Shown here in pieces: positions 30,793 through 40,978 of a stretch of DNA of 64,000 nucleotides. Positions within the stretch are counted from its first letter, which is position 1, and each line of letters begins with the position of its first letter. The translations under genes were made by a program, and so were the position numbers. Origin of the DNA: Promethearchaeia archaeon (GTDB taxonomy: Archaea; Asgardarchaeota; Lokiarchaeia; Sigyniarchaeales; SOKP01); contig JAWOCD010000006.1 in assembly GCA_046483985.1 (NCBI GenBank), positions 40,779 to 104,778 of the forward strand. The letters are read 5' to 3'. A model generated the notes under the pieces. The model saw only the letters and a list, made by a program, of their open reading frames with translations, made no database searches and was not told where the DNA came from.

Positions 30793-32040
30793 ATGAAAAA
30801 AAGACCAGAACTCTTGGCACCTGTTGGTAACTGGGCCACTCTCAATTCAGTGAAAGATTTTACTGACAGTGTGTATTTTGGAGTGCAAGAGTATAATATG
30901 CGTGCAAATGCACAAAACTTCCAAAAAGAAGATTTACCAGAGATTGTGGAAATTTGTCATGACCATGAACCCCCAATTCAAACATATTTATGTACAAACA
31001 TTCTTATTTATGAATCCGAACTCCAGAGTCTCGAAAATTTACTCAAATTGGCTCAAGCAGCGGGAATTGACGCAGTAATTGTTCATGATATAGCAGCAAT
31101 TCAAAAAGCCAGAGAAATAGACATCCCCTTTCATATTTCTACCCAAGCAAATATTTCTAATAGTGTAAGTGCTCGTTTTTTCGAAGATTTAGGAGCAGAA
31201 CGAGTAATATTGGCACGCGAATTATCGCTTCAGCAGATTAAGACCATTAAAGAAAAGCTAAGCAAGACGGAAATTGAATGTTTCGTTCATGGATCTTGTT
31301 GTACATCGATTTCTGGAAGATGTTATTTATCAGCAGAAATAATGGGATCTCAAAAGTATTCTGCGAATCGAGGTAACTGTACTCAGCCATGTCGACGGAA
31401 ATGGCGGATAATAGATGATTCCAATAATGAGTTAATCTATGATGGAAAATATTTTCTAAATACAAAAGATCTTTGTATGATCGAATATATTCCACAACTT
31501 ATTGACGCCCACATTGACACCTTCAAAATTGAGGGTAGAATGAAGAACGCCCATTATGTTAAGACTGTTACCCAATATTATAAAGAAGCACTTGATTGTT
31601 ACTATAAAGGTTGTTATACTAAAGAAAAAGCAAAAGAATGGTTAAAAGAATTGAAAAAGGTTTATAATCGCGGTTTTCATACAGGATTTTATTTCGGTCA
31701 CCCAAAACCCGAGGATATTGAATTGGAAAGAAGAGGAAATATTTCTCCTTACAAGAAAGAATATTTAGGTACAGTTCAATCATATCATAAACAAAGCAAA
31801 ACAGGAAATATCTTAATTGAGAACATTAATATACCAGTGAAAAAGGGCGATAAGATCCTCATTTCGGGAAAACAACATTCCTTTATCCAAACATTGAAAC
31901 ATATAAATCTGAATGGAAAAAAATGTGATATAAAATCTAAAACCGTTAGAAACAAAAAGGATACCCCTATTCTTATTAATGTAAGATTTGATAAAAGTGT
32001 AAAAAAAAGTGATAAAATTTATAAAATCTCACGACAATAA
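30793..32040 (+). CDS. U32 peptidase family protein (RNA hydroxylation type)
   Basis: PELLAPVG, HISTQAN, LAREL, FVHGSCC..SGRC, NRGNCTQPCR, KIEGR. Confidence 0.92.
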   Translation: MKKRPELLAPVGNWATLNSVKDFTDSVYFGVQEYNMRANAQNFQKEDLPEIVEICHDHEPPIQTYLCTNILIYESELQSLENLLKLAQAAGIDAVIVHDIAAIQKAREIDIPFHISTQANISNSVSARFFEDLGAERVILARELSLQQIKTIKEKLSKTEIECFVHGSCCTSISGRCYLSAEIMGSQKYSANRGNCTQPCRRKWRIIDDSNNELIYDGKYFLNTKDLCMIEYIPQLIDAHIDTFKIEGRMKNAHYVKTVTQYYKEALDCYYKGCYTKEKAKEWLKELKKVYNRGFHTGFYFGHPKPEDIELERRGNISPYKKEYLGTVQSYHKQSKTGNILIENINIPVKKGDKILISGKQHSFIQTLKHINLNGKKCDIKSKTVRNKKDTPILINVRFDKSVKKSDKIYKISRQ

Positions 32041-32072
32041 AAAATAGGATTACTTTAAAGAGGAGCGAGTTT

Positions 32073-32324
32073 ATGGGTTTATTTAGCCGGAATAAAAAAG
32101 ATGATGGCGAAAAATGTAATATTTGCGGGGAGATTATGGATGTTAAATACCTTCACACATGTCCGAATTGCGGCAATACGGAAGGGAACGATGTTTGTAA
32201 AGTATGCAATAGCGAAATGAATAAATATCGATTATATACTTGTCCAAATTGCGGTAACACGATAGATGAGCATACTCTTGAGAAGAAAAGAAGAATAAAA
32301 GAAAAGTTTAAGGATATAACATAA
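32073..32324 (+). CDS. Double zinc-ribbon protein
   Basis: Four CxxC pairs in two internal repeats (TCPNCGNT x2); AGGAG SD. Confidence 0.8.
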   Translation: MGLFSRNKKDDGEKCNICGEIMDVKYLHTCPNCGNTEGNDVCKVCNSEMNKYRLYTCPNCGNTIDEHTLEKKRRIKEKFKDIT

Positions 32325-32359
32325 ATTTGAGCAGATCATAGACCAAAGGAGAAAATATA

Positions 32360-33034
32360 ATGAGCTTTAAAAAAAAAAGAAAAAAATTAGTCAAAAGGTT
32401 AATAAATAAAGGAATCTTGGAAGATGAAAAAGTTATTGAAGCTATGAAAAAAGTACCCCGAGAAAATTTTTTACCCGAAGGAGCTAAATCGAAAGCATAT
32501 ATTGATTCACCACTCTCTATTGGTTCAGGTCAAACTATTAGCGCCCCTCACATGAATGCAATGATGTGTGAAAATTTAAATTTGGAGGAAGGGGATAAAG
32601 TGCTTGAAATAGGTACTGGTTCTGGTTATCACGCTGCTCTATGTGCTGAGATTGTTGCTCCTGATGATTCTGATAATCAAGGACATATATATACAATCGA
32701 AAGACATAAATCCTTAGCAGATAGTGCAAGAGAAAATCTGGAAGAAGCAAACTATGGAGATCGTGTTACAGTTATTCACGGAGACGGTACCTTGGGATAT
32801 GAAAAAAAAGCGCCCTATGATAAGATATTAGTAACAGCTGCATCACCCAAAAAAATCCCTCGTCCATTAAAGAAGCAATTAAAAGATGAAGGAAAATTAT
32901 GCATTCCTGCAGGGTCAAAGAAATATAGCCAAAGTCTTTATATTATTAAGAGAGTAGGAAATGAGTTCGAATCAAAACGATTAACCGGAGTTCGTTTCGT
33001 ACCTTTAGTCGGGAAACATGGCTTTGAAGATTGA
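32360..33034 (+). CDS. pcm: Protein-L-isoaspartate O-methyltransferase
   Basis: GQTISAPHM, VLEIGTGSGY, APYDKI, VRFVPL. Confidence 0.96.
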   Translation: MSFKKKRKKLVKRLINKGILEDEKVIEAMKKVPRENFLPEGAKSKAYIDSPLSIGSGQTISAPHMNAMMCENLNLEEGDKVLEIGTGSGYHAALCAEIVAPDDSDNQGHIYTIERHKSLADSARENLEEANYGDRVTVIHGDGTLGYEKKAPYDKILVTAASPKKIPRPLKKQLKDEGKLCIPAGSKKYSQSLYIIKRVGNEFESKRLTGVRFVPLVGKHGFED

Positions 33035-33041
33035 ATAAATT

Positions 33042-33191
33042 TTATCGGTTGAATCTCCTTTTAAAGCGTTTTTCTTTCAATTTTTCATGAGCGTCTTTTA
33101 CAAATTCATTCCTTTTAATCTCTTTTTGTAACTCATCCCTGCATTTTCCCCAAGATTCTATTCCTTTACAGTGATAATACAAATCTGCCAT
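33042..33191 (-). CDS. Small basic protein (49 aa), not in ORF track
   Basis: MADLYYHCKGIESWGKCRDELQKEIKRNEFVKDAHEKLKEKRFKRRFNR, preceded by SD GAGGTGA. Confidence 0.7.
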   Translation of the reverse strand: MADLYYHCKGIESWGKCRDELQKEIKRNEFVKDAHEKLKEKRFKRRFNR

Positions 33192-33374
33192 TTTTAATTT
33201 CACCTCAACAAAAAATCTCTTACTTTTACATCTAGTAAATGTAAAATAGATTATTTTAGCATTAAGGATACCAAATATAAAAAAAAATAGAGAAAAAGTT
33301 ATACTGAGTAAATAAAAGCTTATTGTAGTTTTTAACTCAAAACTGAAAAAAAGATAAAAAGAAGAAATTAAGGA

Positions 33375-33545
33375 TTAAAGGCTTTCTTTGCGATTGTTTC
33401 GTAATTTTTTCAGTAGTTCACGCTTCTTTTTTATAAAAGAATTTTTGGCAATGCGGTCTTTTACCATATGAGAAGCGTAACAACAATTTTCCCGTTCTGA
33501 AGTTCTTGATGATTTAATTTTCCAACACTCGCTATTATAGATAAT
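33375..33545 (-). CDS. Possible small basic paralog of 33042-33191 (start uncertain)
   Basis: Open frame IIYNSECWKIK..NCCYASHMVKDRIAKNSFIKKKRELLKKLRNNRKESL; the only ATG is at 33467. Confidence 0.4.
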   Translation of the reverse strand: MIYNSECWKIKSSRTSERENCCYASHMVKDRIAKNSFIKKKRELLKKLRNNRKESL

Positions 33546-33624
33546 TCCTTATTTAATTAATTTGACTTTATCCTTAATAAGGATAAAGAAAAACCGACTA
33601 TGATCCTATATTTAATAAATATTG

Positions 33625-35793
33625 TTAATCCAAATTGATGCAAAAACTCAAATTAAAATCCGGGGTAAAGGTTGATCGGATTTGCAGATTAATACCTTGA
33701 TAAATTTCTTTATATCCTTCATCCGTATACGCATAGGAAATAAGGGGAAAGATGATAAACTCAGGAAATTCTTCATCCTTGTCAATCCCAACTCCAAATG
33801 AAAGATCATAGGTCTCATCAAATGCTTTAAAAACGTTTCCTTTATAGGAAAATGGTTTTAATAACTCATAGTTTAACTCATCAGCATTTTTATCTTTTAT
33901 CCATGCAAATTTCTCCGGATCCCCATTAAAGAAAAATGGGAGATCAATTAACAAATCGAGGTTTTCCTCCATCCTTTCAAGGATTTTTGAACCAATTTCT
34001 TTTGTTTCCATATTCCCTTCAATTTCAACTGAAATTGTCTTGTCTTGTACTTTTAATCGTTTAACGAGGTTACAAGGAATTCGAACATCTGAATTTAAAT
34101 TCCTTACACAGCCTTCTCTTTCCAAGGAGATTTTCGCAATATTTTTCTTTTTCTCATTATGTATCAATTTAAATGCTCCGTCCCCAAAATCACCATAGTC
34201 AAAATATTGGCTTCGTTCCAAATCGTTACTCTTTACTTCTTTATGGATTATCTGGGTACGAAGCATATTTTTTCTAAATTTGTCAACTTTTACCTTTCCA
34301 GAAAGAATCATCTCTTTTTTATGATATGCTTCCTTCCACCGGGTTAAAGTGTTTAGGATATTATAGTTCTTTGGCTTATAGTCCAATTCGAAAACTGTTC
34401 CACCATCATGCAAATCAATATAAAGATTCAGTATATTGGATTCAATAATGACGTCCATTTGGCTATTTTTTGTAAAATCAAGAGGGGTAATGAACGCATA
34501 TGTAGACAACTTAGGATATATTATTTGATTCAATTCATCAATCATATTTTCCGCTGAAATAAGATGGGAATAAACTGCGAACCTAAGAAATTGTAAATAA
34601 ATTCCTCCAAAAAGTCCGTGCCAATATGAATCATTGCACTGAGCCTTATAAATCTCTTCCCATACTTGATGCAATTTTTCTTTTATCTTCTTCCGTGTTT
34701 GTTTATTTCCAATTTTCTCCATACGCTCTTCAATTTTAATTAATTTATCCCTTACATGAAGCATTTTTTTATGCATATTGTTGGATTCCGGATATTTTAC
34801 AAAAAAGTATCTCCAAAAACCTCCTTTCAAAAATTGATATACCTCTTGTTTATCTTGGTCCTCCCTGTATTCATCGCGAATATTTTCAAATTCTTTTCTA
34901 ATATGCGTTGGAAGAACCCACTCTTCCATTTTATCGTAACTTGCCGTGGGAAGATATACCATACCTTTTGCCGAATAATGTTCCATATATTCGGAGAGAG
35001 TAGTCGATTTAATCCAATCATTTTTCTGAATTTGCTCAAGGAATGCGGGGATAAAAGGCTTTCCGTTATCTCCTTCTTGGTGACCTTTTCCTTTTACATA
35101 GCAAAATTGATGGGTTGATCCCCACACGCCCATCTTCTCTGCATCAGAAATAAAAAGGGCCATACGATCCCCTTTTCTGTCTGCTATGGTTTTTAGATAA
35201 TTGATTGTTTTTCCGGTGGGTTTCCAAGGCATTAAATACCGCATTTTTTCATTGATAGGGTAGATCCTTAAGGTGTTTCCCTCATCTTCAGTCACATATG
35301 TGTATAATGTATCCTCTCCCGAAATCCCCGTGGAGCGAAAATGGTTATCATCCACAATTACATACTTTAAGCCAACTTTATTTAAAAAGGACGGATAATT
35401 GGGCTCCCAGACCCTTTCCGAGAGCCAAGCACCTTTGACCTCCAAGCCAAACTCCTTGCGAATTAAGTTTGATAATTTCTCCATTTGTGCAATCCGATCT
35501 CGCTCTGGAATTACCGCATATATAGGCTCATAATATCCTCCTCCGATTAATTCTACTTGCCCTCGGTTCGCCATTTCCTTAATTTTTTCAATGAATCCAG
35601 GTTTATTATCAATAAACCATTGCAATAAGTTTCCGGAAAAATGGAGCGTCACTTTGACCTTGGGGAATTGATACAGATTTGCAATTAGTGGAGCATAAGC
35701 TTGTTTATAGCAATCTTCATAAACCCAAGGAAAATTATCCACGGGTTGATGAAAATGAAACACAATAGGAAGATAAATTGATTTTTCTTTCAT
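33625..35793 (-). CDS. GH57 alpha-amylase / 4-alpha-glucanotransferase
   Basis: HFHQP, GGYYEP, WLSERVW, SDAEK, QCNDSYWHGLFGG. Confidence 0.93.
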   Translation of the reverse strand: MKEKSIYLPIVFHFHQPVDNFPWVYEDCYKQAYAPLIANLYQFPKVKVTLHFSGNLLQWFIDNKPGFIEKIKEMANRGQVELIGGGYYEPIYAVIPERDRIAQMEKLSNLIRKEFGLEVKGAWLSERVWEPNYPSFLNKVGLKYVIVDDNHFRSTGISGEDTLYTYVTEDEGNTLRIYPINEKMRYLMPWKPTGKTINYLKTIADRKGDRMALFISDAEKMGVWGSTHQFCYVKGKGHQEGDNGKPFIPAFLEQIQKNDWIKSTTLSEYMEHYSAKGMVYLPTASYDKMEEWVLPTHIRKEFENIRDEYREDQDKQEVYQFLKGGFWRYFFVKYPESNNMHKKMLHVRDKLIKIEERMEKIGNKQTRKKIKEKLHQVWEEIYKAQCNDSYWHGLFGGIYLQFLRFAVYSHLISAENMIDELNQIIYPKLSTYAFITPLDFTKNSQMDVIIESNILNLYIDLHDGGTVFELDYKPKNYNILNTLTRWKEAYHKKEMILSGKVKVDKFRKNMLRTQIIHKEVKSNDLERSQYFDYGDFGDGAFKLIHNEKKKNIAKISLEREGCVRNLNSDVRIPCNLVKRLKVQDKTISVEIEGNMETKEIGSKILERMEENLDLLIDLPFFFNGDPEKFAWIKDKNADELNYELLKPFSYKGNVFKAFDETYDLSFGVGIDKDEEFPEFIIFPLISYAYTDEGYKEIYQGINLQIRSTFTPDFNLSFCINLD

Positions 35794-35984
35794 AATCTCA
35801 CATTAAACACACTTATATAAACTAAAAAGGGTTTATTTCTTAAAACTCTAATCTATATATCATTTCATTTATCCTATTAAGAGGAACATAAACGAATAAA
35901 TACAAATAAAACTTATTCTATATGAGAAAGTTGAACTTCTAAATTTAGAATATAAATTCATATGCGAGCAGCGAAAAAACAATT

Positions 35985-37721
35985 ATGAAAATAACGCAGA
36001 GTAAACTGAAGTTAATTTTAAACTCAAGAGAGTTTAAGAGATGGATATTTGAAAAAAGATGGTTTGGGAACAAATCATACCTCTCCGATTTTGATTTTTC
36101 AATTTCTTTATCACATTTCGAAGATTCAGGGGATTTATTTTTATGTATCATAAGAGTGGAAAAAGGAGAATATTTTCAAGAATATTTTATCCCTTTCGTT
36201 TTTTCAAATAGTTTGGAAGAAATCATCTCAAGTAACGGAAAACAGAAAGAAATTGAAAGCTTCCAAGAGGCTCATTCATTTAACTTGAATATTGCTAACT
36301 CCAAGGATAGAAAGAATTTATCATCGGTATTTTTAATAGAAGGAGAATATACTTTAAAATATTGGAGTAAGATATTTTCATTTTATGGCGATATGTCGAA
36401 ATATCCTAAATTAGATATGAAATTTCGGACTTATTCTAAAAGCGATTTAAGAACGATAATTAAGCCAATAATTTCTCCCATTGCAGGGAAAAAACGACGA
36501 TTTTCCGATAAAAATTTAATAAAACAATTAGGGAATGGGAATACAACTAATCTATTATTTAAGTTTCAGATTCCATCAAATATGAAAGATTCTAAGGGTA
36601 ATTCCTACTTATTTAAATGTTATAAGAAATATGAGAAAAATGTTGAGCCTCGTGTACTTCGGACGCTAAAGAAAAACAATTTTAAGGGATCTGCTTCTAT
36701 ATTTGGAGAAGTTATATATAAAAATATTACGTTAATCTGCATCCTTGAATACCTTCAAAATGATGGAAATATTGGGAGTATTTTTTGGACTGAATTGAAT
36801 GAGTTTTGTGAATTCCTCATTAAAAACAATAAAGATTCGCCAAATCATAATACGAATGAAGTTTTAAGAGAAACTATGAATCAAATCTGTGATACGAGTT
36901 TTGGAATTAGTCAGCAAATTGGAGAAGAGATTAAAAAAATGCATAAAGCATTAATCGATAAAAACAAGAAGGATTTCAGCCAAATTGATATAAAGAAATC
37001 AATATTCTTAAAAGATCTCTCAATTGCTTTAGAGGACTTAAATAATCAAATACGTAATGAGTTTGAAAAAAAGCGTTGGAATTGTTATAATTTTTTGAAT
37101 CAGTCTCAATTAATCCAGCTAATAGAGAAATCTAAAGAATATTTCCATCAAAAATTTAGAGAAACTGAAGAAGATCATATTAAGGTTCAGCGAATACATC
37201 AAGATCTTCATATGGAACAGATTTTATACAAAGAATCTAAAAATGGAGGCTGTGTAGATAAACCCGAGGATTATAATTATTATTTTTTGGATTTTGAAGG
37301 CGATCCTCAATTTTCATCCAAGAAAAAACAAAATAAATTCCCAATTGAGCGTGATTTAGCAACATTAGTCCGTTCATTGGGTTATATTAAATTTAATACC
37401 ATTATTAACAAATTGGACTCAATTATATCGCAAGAAAAAACAGAGTATGGAAAGATGGGATGCTTATATCATGTTATATTTAGGAAAAAGCATTTAAAAG
37501 AACTAAAAGATCTGAAAAAATTAAAAATAATATTAGATAAATGGGAAAAAAGGATAAAAGAGGCAATAATTCAATCTTTTGTTCTTGATAAAGATTTACT
37601 GGAGATCTTTAGAATTGAAAGAATCTTAAGAGAATTAAACTATGAGATTAAATATAGACCAAAAGATATGATGATTCCGATATTTGGATTAAAGGAGTTT
37701 TTAGAGAAAAGGATTTGTTAA
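35985..37721 (+). CDS. Maltokinase-like kinase (Mak/Pep2 family)
   Basis: KRWFGNK, MHKAL, RIHQDLHMEQIL, LDFEGDP, RDLA, ELNYE. Confidence 0.8.
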   Translation: MKITQSKLKLILNSREFKRWIFEKRWFGNKSYLSDFDFSISLSHFEDSGDLFLCIIRVEKGEYFQEYFIPFVFSNSLEEIISSNGKQKEIESFQEAHSFNLNIANSKDRKNLSSVFLIEGEYTLKYWSKIFSFYGDMSKYPKLDMKFRTYSKSDLRTIIKPIISPIAGKKRRFSDKNLIKQLGNGNTTNLLFKFQIPSNMKDSKGNSYLFKCYKKYEKNVEPRVLRTLKKNNFKGSASIFGEVIYKNITLICILEYLQNDGNIGSIFWTELNEFCEFLIKNNKDSPNHNTNEVLRETMNQICDTSFGISQQIGEEIKKMHKALIDKNKKDFSQIDIKKSIFLKDLSIALEDLNNQIRNEFEKKRWNCYNFLNQSQLIQLIEKSKEYFHQKFRETEEDHIKVQRIHQDLHMEQILYKESKNGGCVDKPEDYNYYFLDFEGDPQFSSKKKQNKFPIERDLATLVRSLGYIKFNTIINKLDSIISQEKTEYGKMGCLYHVIFRKKHLKELKDLKKLKIILDKWEKRIKEAIIQSFVLDKDLLEIFRIERILRELNYEIKYRPKDMMIPIFGLKEFLEKRIC

Positions 37722-37736
37722 ATTTTTAATGAAAAA

Positions 37737-38378
37737 TTATTCTTTTTCTCCCTCTTTTAGCCTTGCAAACTCAAAAGCATAATGTGTTGCATCTCTTCTT
37801 ACAGGCTGTATATCGTCATAATAACTAGATCTTGTTCTTCGACTATCCTCTATATTCTCCTCAGTATAGTCCTTATCAAAATCTCCCTTATTACCCATGG
37901 TAATTAGACGCCAAACAAAAGATTCTACGAACTTTTTGGTGCCAAATTGTTTAGGAAATAGAATATATCCCTCATTATCTATGAACTTAGGAAAGAACCC
38001 GTACGCTTGACACATATCCAATTTGAATTCAATATCTGGCAATTTACCTTGGAGCCTCGCTAAATCATTAATAAACCGGCCTAAATCCTCTCCCATATCG
38101 ATCTGAGCGATTTGATCCATATTTTCCAAAAGATCCTTAAGATAATTTCTTTTCAATAGTAATAATTCATTTTTATTTAATGAAGTTATTGAATTATAAT
38201 CAATTACAAAGAATCTTGCTAAATTTAAGTAATTTCTTATTAGAGCAGCTTTAGATAATTGTTTAGAATCACTGATTTTATTTAATCTCTCATCCAATTC
38301 GGCATCAATCCGAATCGTAATGACCGCAGACTTCTTCTTATTCTTCTTTTTCTTTTTTTTGTTATTAGACGGTGTCAT
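37737..38378 (-). CDS. Ribbon-helix-helix regulator with C-terminal domain
   Basis: VITIRIDAELDERLNKIS..LSKAALIRNYL. Confidence 0.75.
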   Translation of the reverse strand: MTPSNNKKKKKKNKKKSAVITIRIDAELDERLNKISDSKQLSKAALIRNYLNLARFFVIDYNSITSLNKNELLLLKRNYLKDLLENMDQIAQIDMGEDLGRFINDLARLQGKLPDIEFKLDMCQAYGFFPKFIDNEGYILFPKQFGTKKFVESFVWRLITMGNKGDFDKDYTEENIEDSRRTRSSYYDDIQPVRRDATHYAFEFARLKEGEKE

Positions 38379-39167
38379 AAGCAGAAAGAAGGTAATCTTA
38401 ATTTTTATGTAAGTTTTGTAACTAAATAAAATCTTATGTAATAATAAATAATAAAAATTTATAAATGATTGTGTTATTTTAGATCCAAATGTTCATTTTT
38501 TGATCTTCTATTTATTATCCAGATAAAGACTGAATATTAATAATCTCAGTTCTTATTGGCTAAAAGTGAAAAATATTCCTTAGAGTGGTTAACAAATCTC
38601 TTAGAAATCTCTAAAGCTGTATAGCTTATATACTTTAGGTATTTTAAAAAAAAATTAGTATAAAGAGCTTATTTTCATGTAAATATGGGGTATGTTGCCT
38701 CTCTAGACAACGAAGATTAATTATCCTCAAATTTATTTTACTTAAATATCTATTTATTTAATTTAATTTAAGTCTATCTTAAGATGCATTTTTGTCATCA
38801 TTTGTAATTTTATGATTAATATGTAACTCTAATATATAATACATTACTATCGAAACAAAAATAATATATAAAAAGATGAAATTCTTTAATTATTTTGTAA
38901 AGATTTGAGTTTCAATCTGAAAATTGAGTAATTTTAAAGGGTTGCTTTAAAAAAAAGTGTGAATATATAAGTGAATAAACCCCTAAAAGGTTAGAGATAC
39001 TTAATAAAAAAAATAATTGAAAATTATGGCTAATAATCAACAAAAATTTGAGGAAATACGAATCAAAATGGAAAACAAGGATTTGAAACTTTTAACTCAT
39101 AGTTTTTACAATATATATAAAAAATAATAATAATCAGAACAAAATTAGAAACAGAAGGGAAAAAAAA

Positions 39168-39491
39168 ATGGAAATGAGCGAAAGTGGGATAATTGGATTA
39201 GAATTAATGAATAAAGATGAGTCCATCATGGTAGAATCCGATGAAGAAATTGAACTGATTGCAAAAGCTCTTTCGAGTAAGACACGACGTAGAATACTCA
39301 CCATGGTTCAGCGAGAACCTATGGATGTTTCCAAAATAGCAAGTTTAATGAACCAAACAGAAGCGAATATTAGTGCACAAGTAAAAAAGCTTCATAAAGC
39401 GAATTTAATTACTTGCGATTATAGTTCAGGTCGGCATGGCGTAAGAAAGATCTCAAAGCTGAAATATAATCGATTAGTTCTAAAATTTTAA
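39168..39491 (+). CDS. ArsR-family HTH regulator
   Basis: KALSSKTRRRIL, NISAQVKKLHKANLI. Confidence 0.88.
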   Translation: MEMSESGIIGLELMNKDESIMVESDEEIELIAKALSSKTRRRILTMVQREPMDVSKIASLMNQTEANISAQVKKLHKANLITCDYSSGRHGVRKISKLKYNRLVLKF

Positions 39492-39643
39492 ACACAATCC
39501 ACCCTATTTTGAAACAAAGTAAATCTGCACAAATTTGCCGTTATTCATTTACTTCTATTATCAATTATACTGATTTTAATCTAAATTAGAAAAAAAGACA
39601 TCTTAATCTAATCCAAATGAAAAGAAATTTGAGAAAAAAGAGA

Positions 39644-40804
39644 TTACTTAAAGTAGGGCAGTAAAAGGTTTTTAACTTTCTCAAAATGGCCCATTTGTAC
39701 ACGATCTAATGCTTCCAATGAATTTTCCAGTCCCACTTTATCAATTCTTTCCGATACCTCGAAATAGGGACTCTCCTTCAATTGTTTTATTAACTTTTTA
39801 TTTTTTAACCCCTCAAGTAAAAAAGAGGTAGGTTCAATATTTTCCTTTCCTAAGGTCCCTTGAATAACCGATAATAACATGGTATCAAAGGTTACTCTCA
39901 ATATATCCTCTTTATCATATACCGTTTCTCCAGATTTTAAGAACTTCTTAAGAAATTTGACAGATGCTTTAAAAAGATCTATCGATTCATTTCCCCATTT
40001 TTTTATCAGTTTATTAAATTCCCGGTTTTCTGAAGCACGTAAACAAAGAGAGGCTACTGTCCGATATTCTCCTGATAAATGAAAAAGTCTCGATTTGGTA
40101 TTATTTAATATATCTCTGGTTTCCCCTTCCTCTTCTTCTTCCTCCAACTCTTTTACATTTTCGATTGCTTTTTCAAAGTATTTAGAAATCTCATAAAACT
40201 TATTTCCTGAAGCATTGAATTCCTCACCATTAATCAAGGAAAGCGCTCTTTGCTCATCTTGTTGATAGAGTTTATCAAATTTATTCATCTTCATAACAGC
40301 TTTTAAAATTAATCTTTCTCCCTGATTCTTTTTGATGTTCGAGCGTTCGTATGCCTTCCCTGCTTTTAACAATAAAAGAGAGGATAAATTGTAGAACTCT
40401 TCTGGATCTGACTCATAAAGGTAATCTGATGCTTTTTTCCAGCATTCTCCAGCGGTTTCCCAATCTTTCATTTTATAGGAGATATCGGCCAATCTCATTA
40501 AAAGTTTGGCGGATATTTCGTATAATTTTAGTTCTTCTGTTTTCCTCACTATAGACTTTAGTCTATATACAGATTGGATATTATTTTTAAAACGCGAGAT
40601 GATGTCGGCTATCCGGATATATATTTCATCTAATTTAAGATAATTTCCGTGATCTAAATGGATTTGTGCTGCTTTTTCATATAAGTCGATAGCTTTTTTT
40701 CCTTTCCCTTCATCCACTAAATTTTCTGCTCGATCAATTAAATTCATTGCTCTTCGTTCAAGTTCGTCTTTCTCTTGATTGTACATTTGGGCTTCAACTC
40801 TCAA
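39644..40804 (-). CDS. TPR/alpha-solenoid protein
   Basis: AIDLYEKAAQI, AGECWKKASDY, LLKAGKAYE helical repeats. Confidence 0.7.
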   Translation of the reverse strand: MRVEAQMYNQEKDELERRAMNLIDRAENLVDEGKGKKAIDLYEKAAQIHLDHGNYLKLDEIYIRIADIISRFKNNIQSVYRLKSIVRKTEELKLYEISAKLLMRLADISYKMKDWETAGECWKKASDYLYESDPEEFYNLSSLLLLKAGKAYERSNIKKNQGERLILKAVMKMNKFDKLYQQDEQRALSLINGEEFNASGNKFYEISKYFEKAIENVKELEEEEEEGETRDILNNTKSRLFHLSGEYRTVASLCLRASENREFNKLIKKWGNESIDLFKASVKFLKKFLKSGETVYDKEDILRVTFDTMLLSVIQGTLGKENIEPTSFLLEGLKNKKLIKQLKESPYFEVSERIDKVGLENSLEALDRVQMGHFEKVKNLLLPYFK

Positions 40805-40978
40805 TTGTCATTTTATGTTATATCTGTGTTGATATAGATACAAAATATTATGATTTATTCACTTATTAAAAAGTTTTTAAATTTATATCCACATTTCTAA
40901 TAAATTAATCTTTATTTAAGTTTATTTTTATATAAAATTAGTATTTAGAAATATATATTTAGATATTAGAAGTTCCAC

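Noticed and set aside
38379-39167. Possible replication origin in the long AT-rich gap
   Set aside because: No ORB-like repeats and no adjacent cdc6/orc1.
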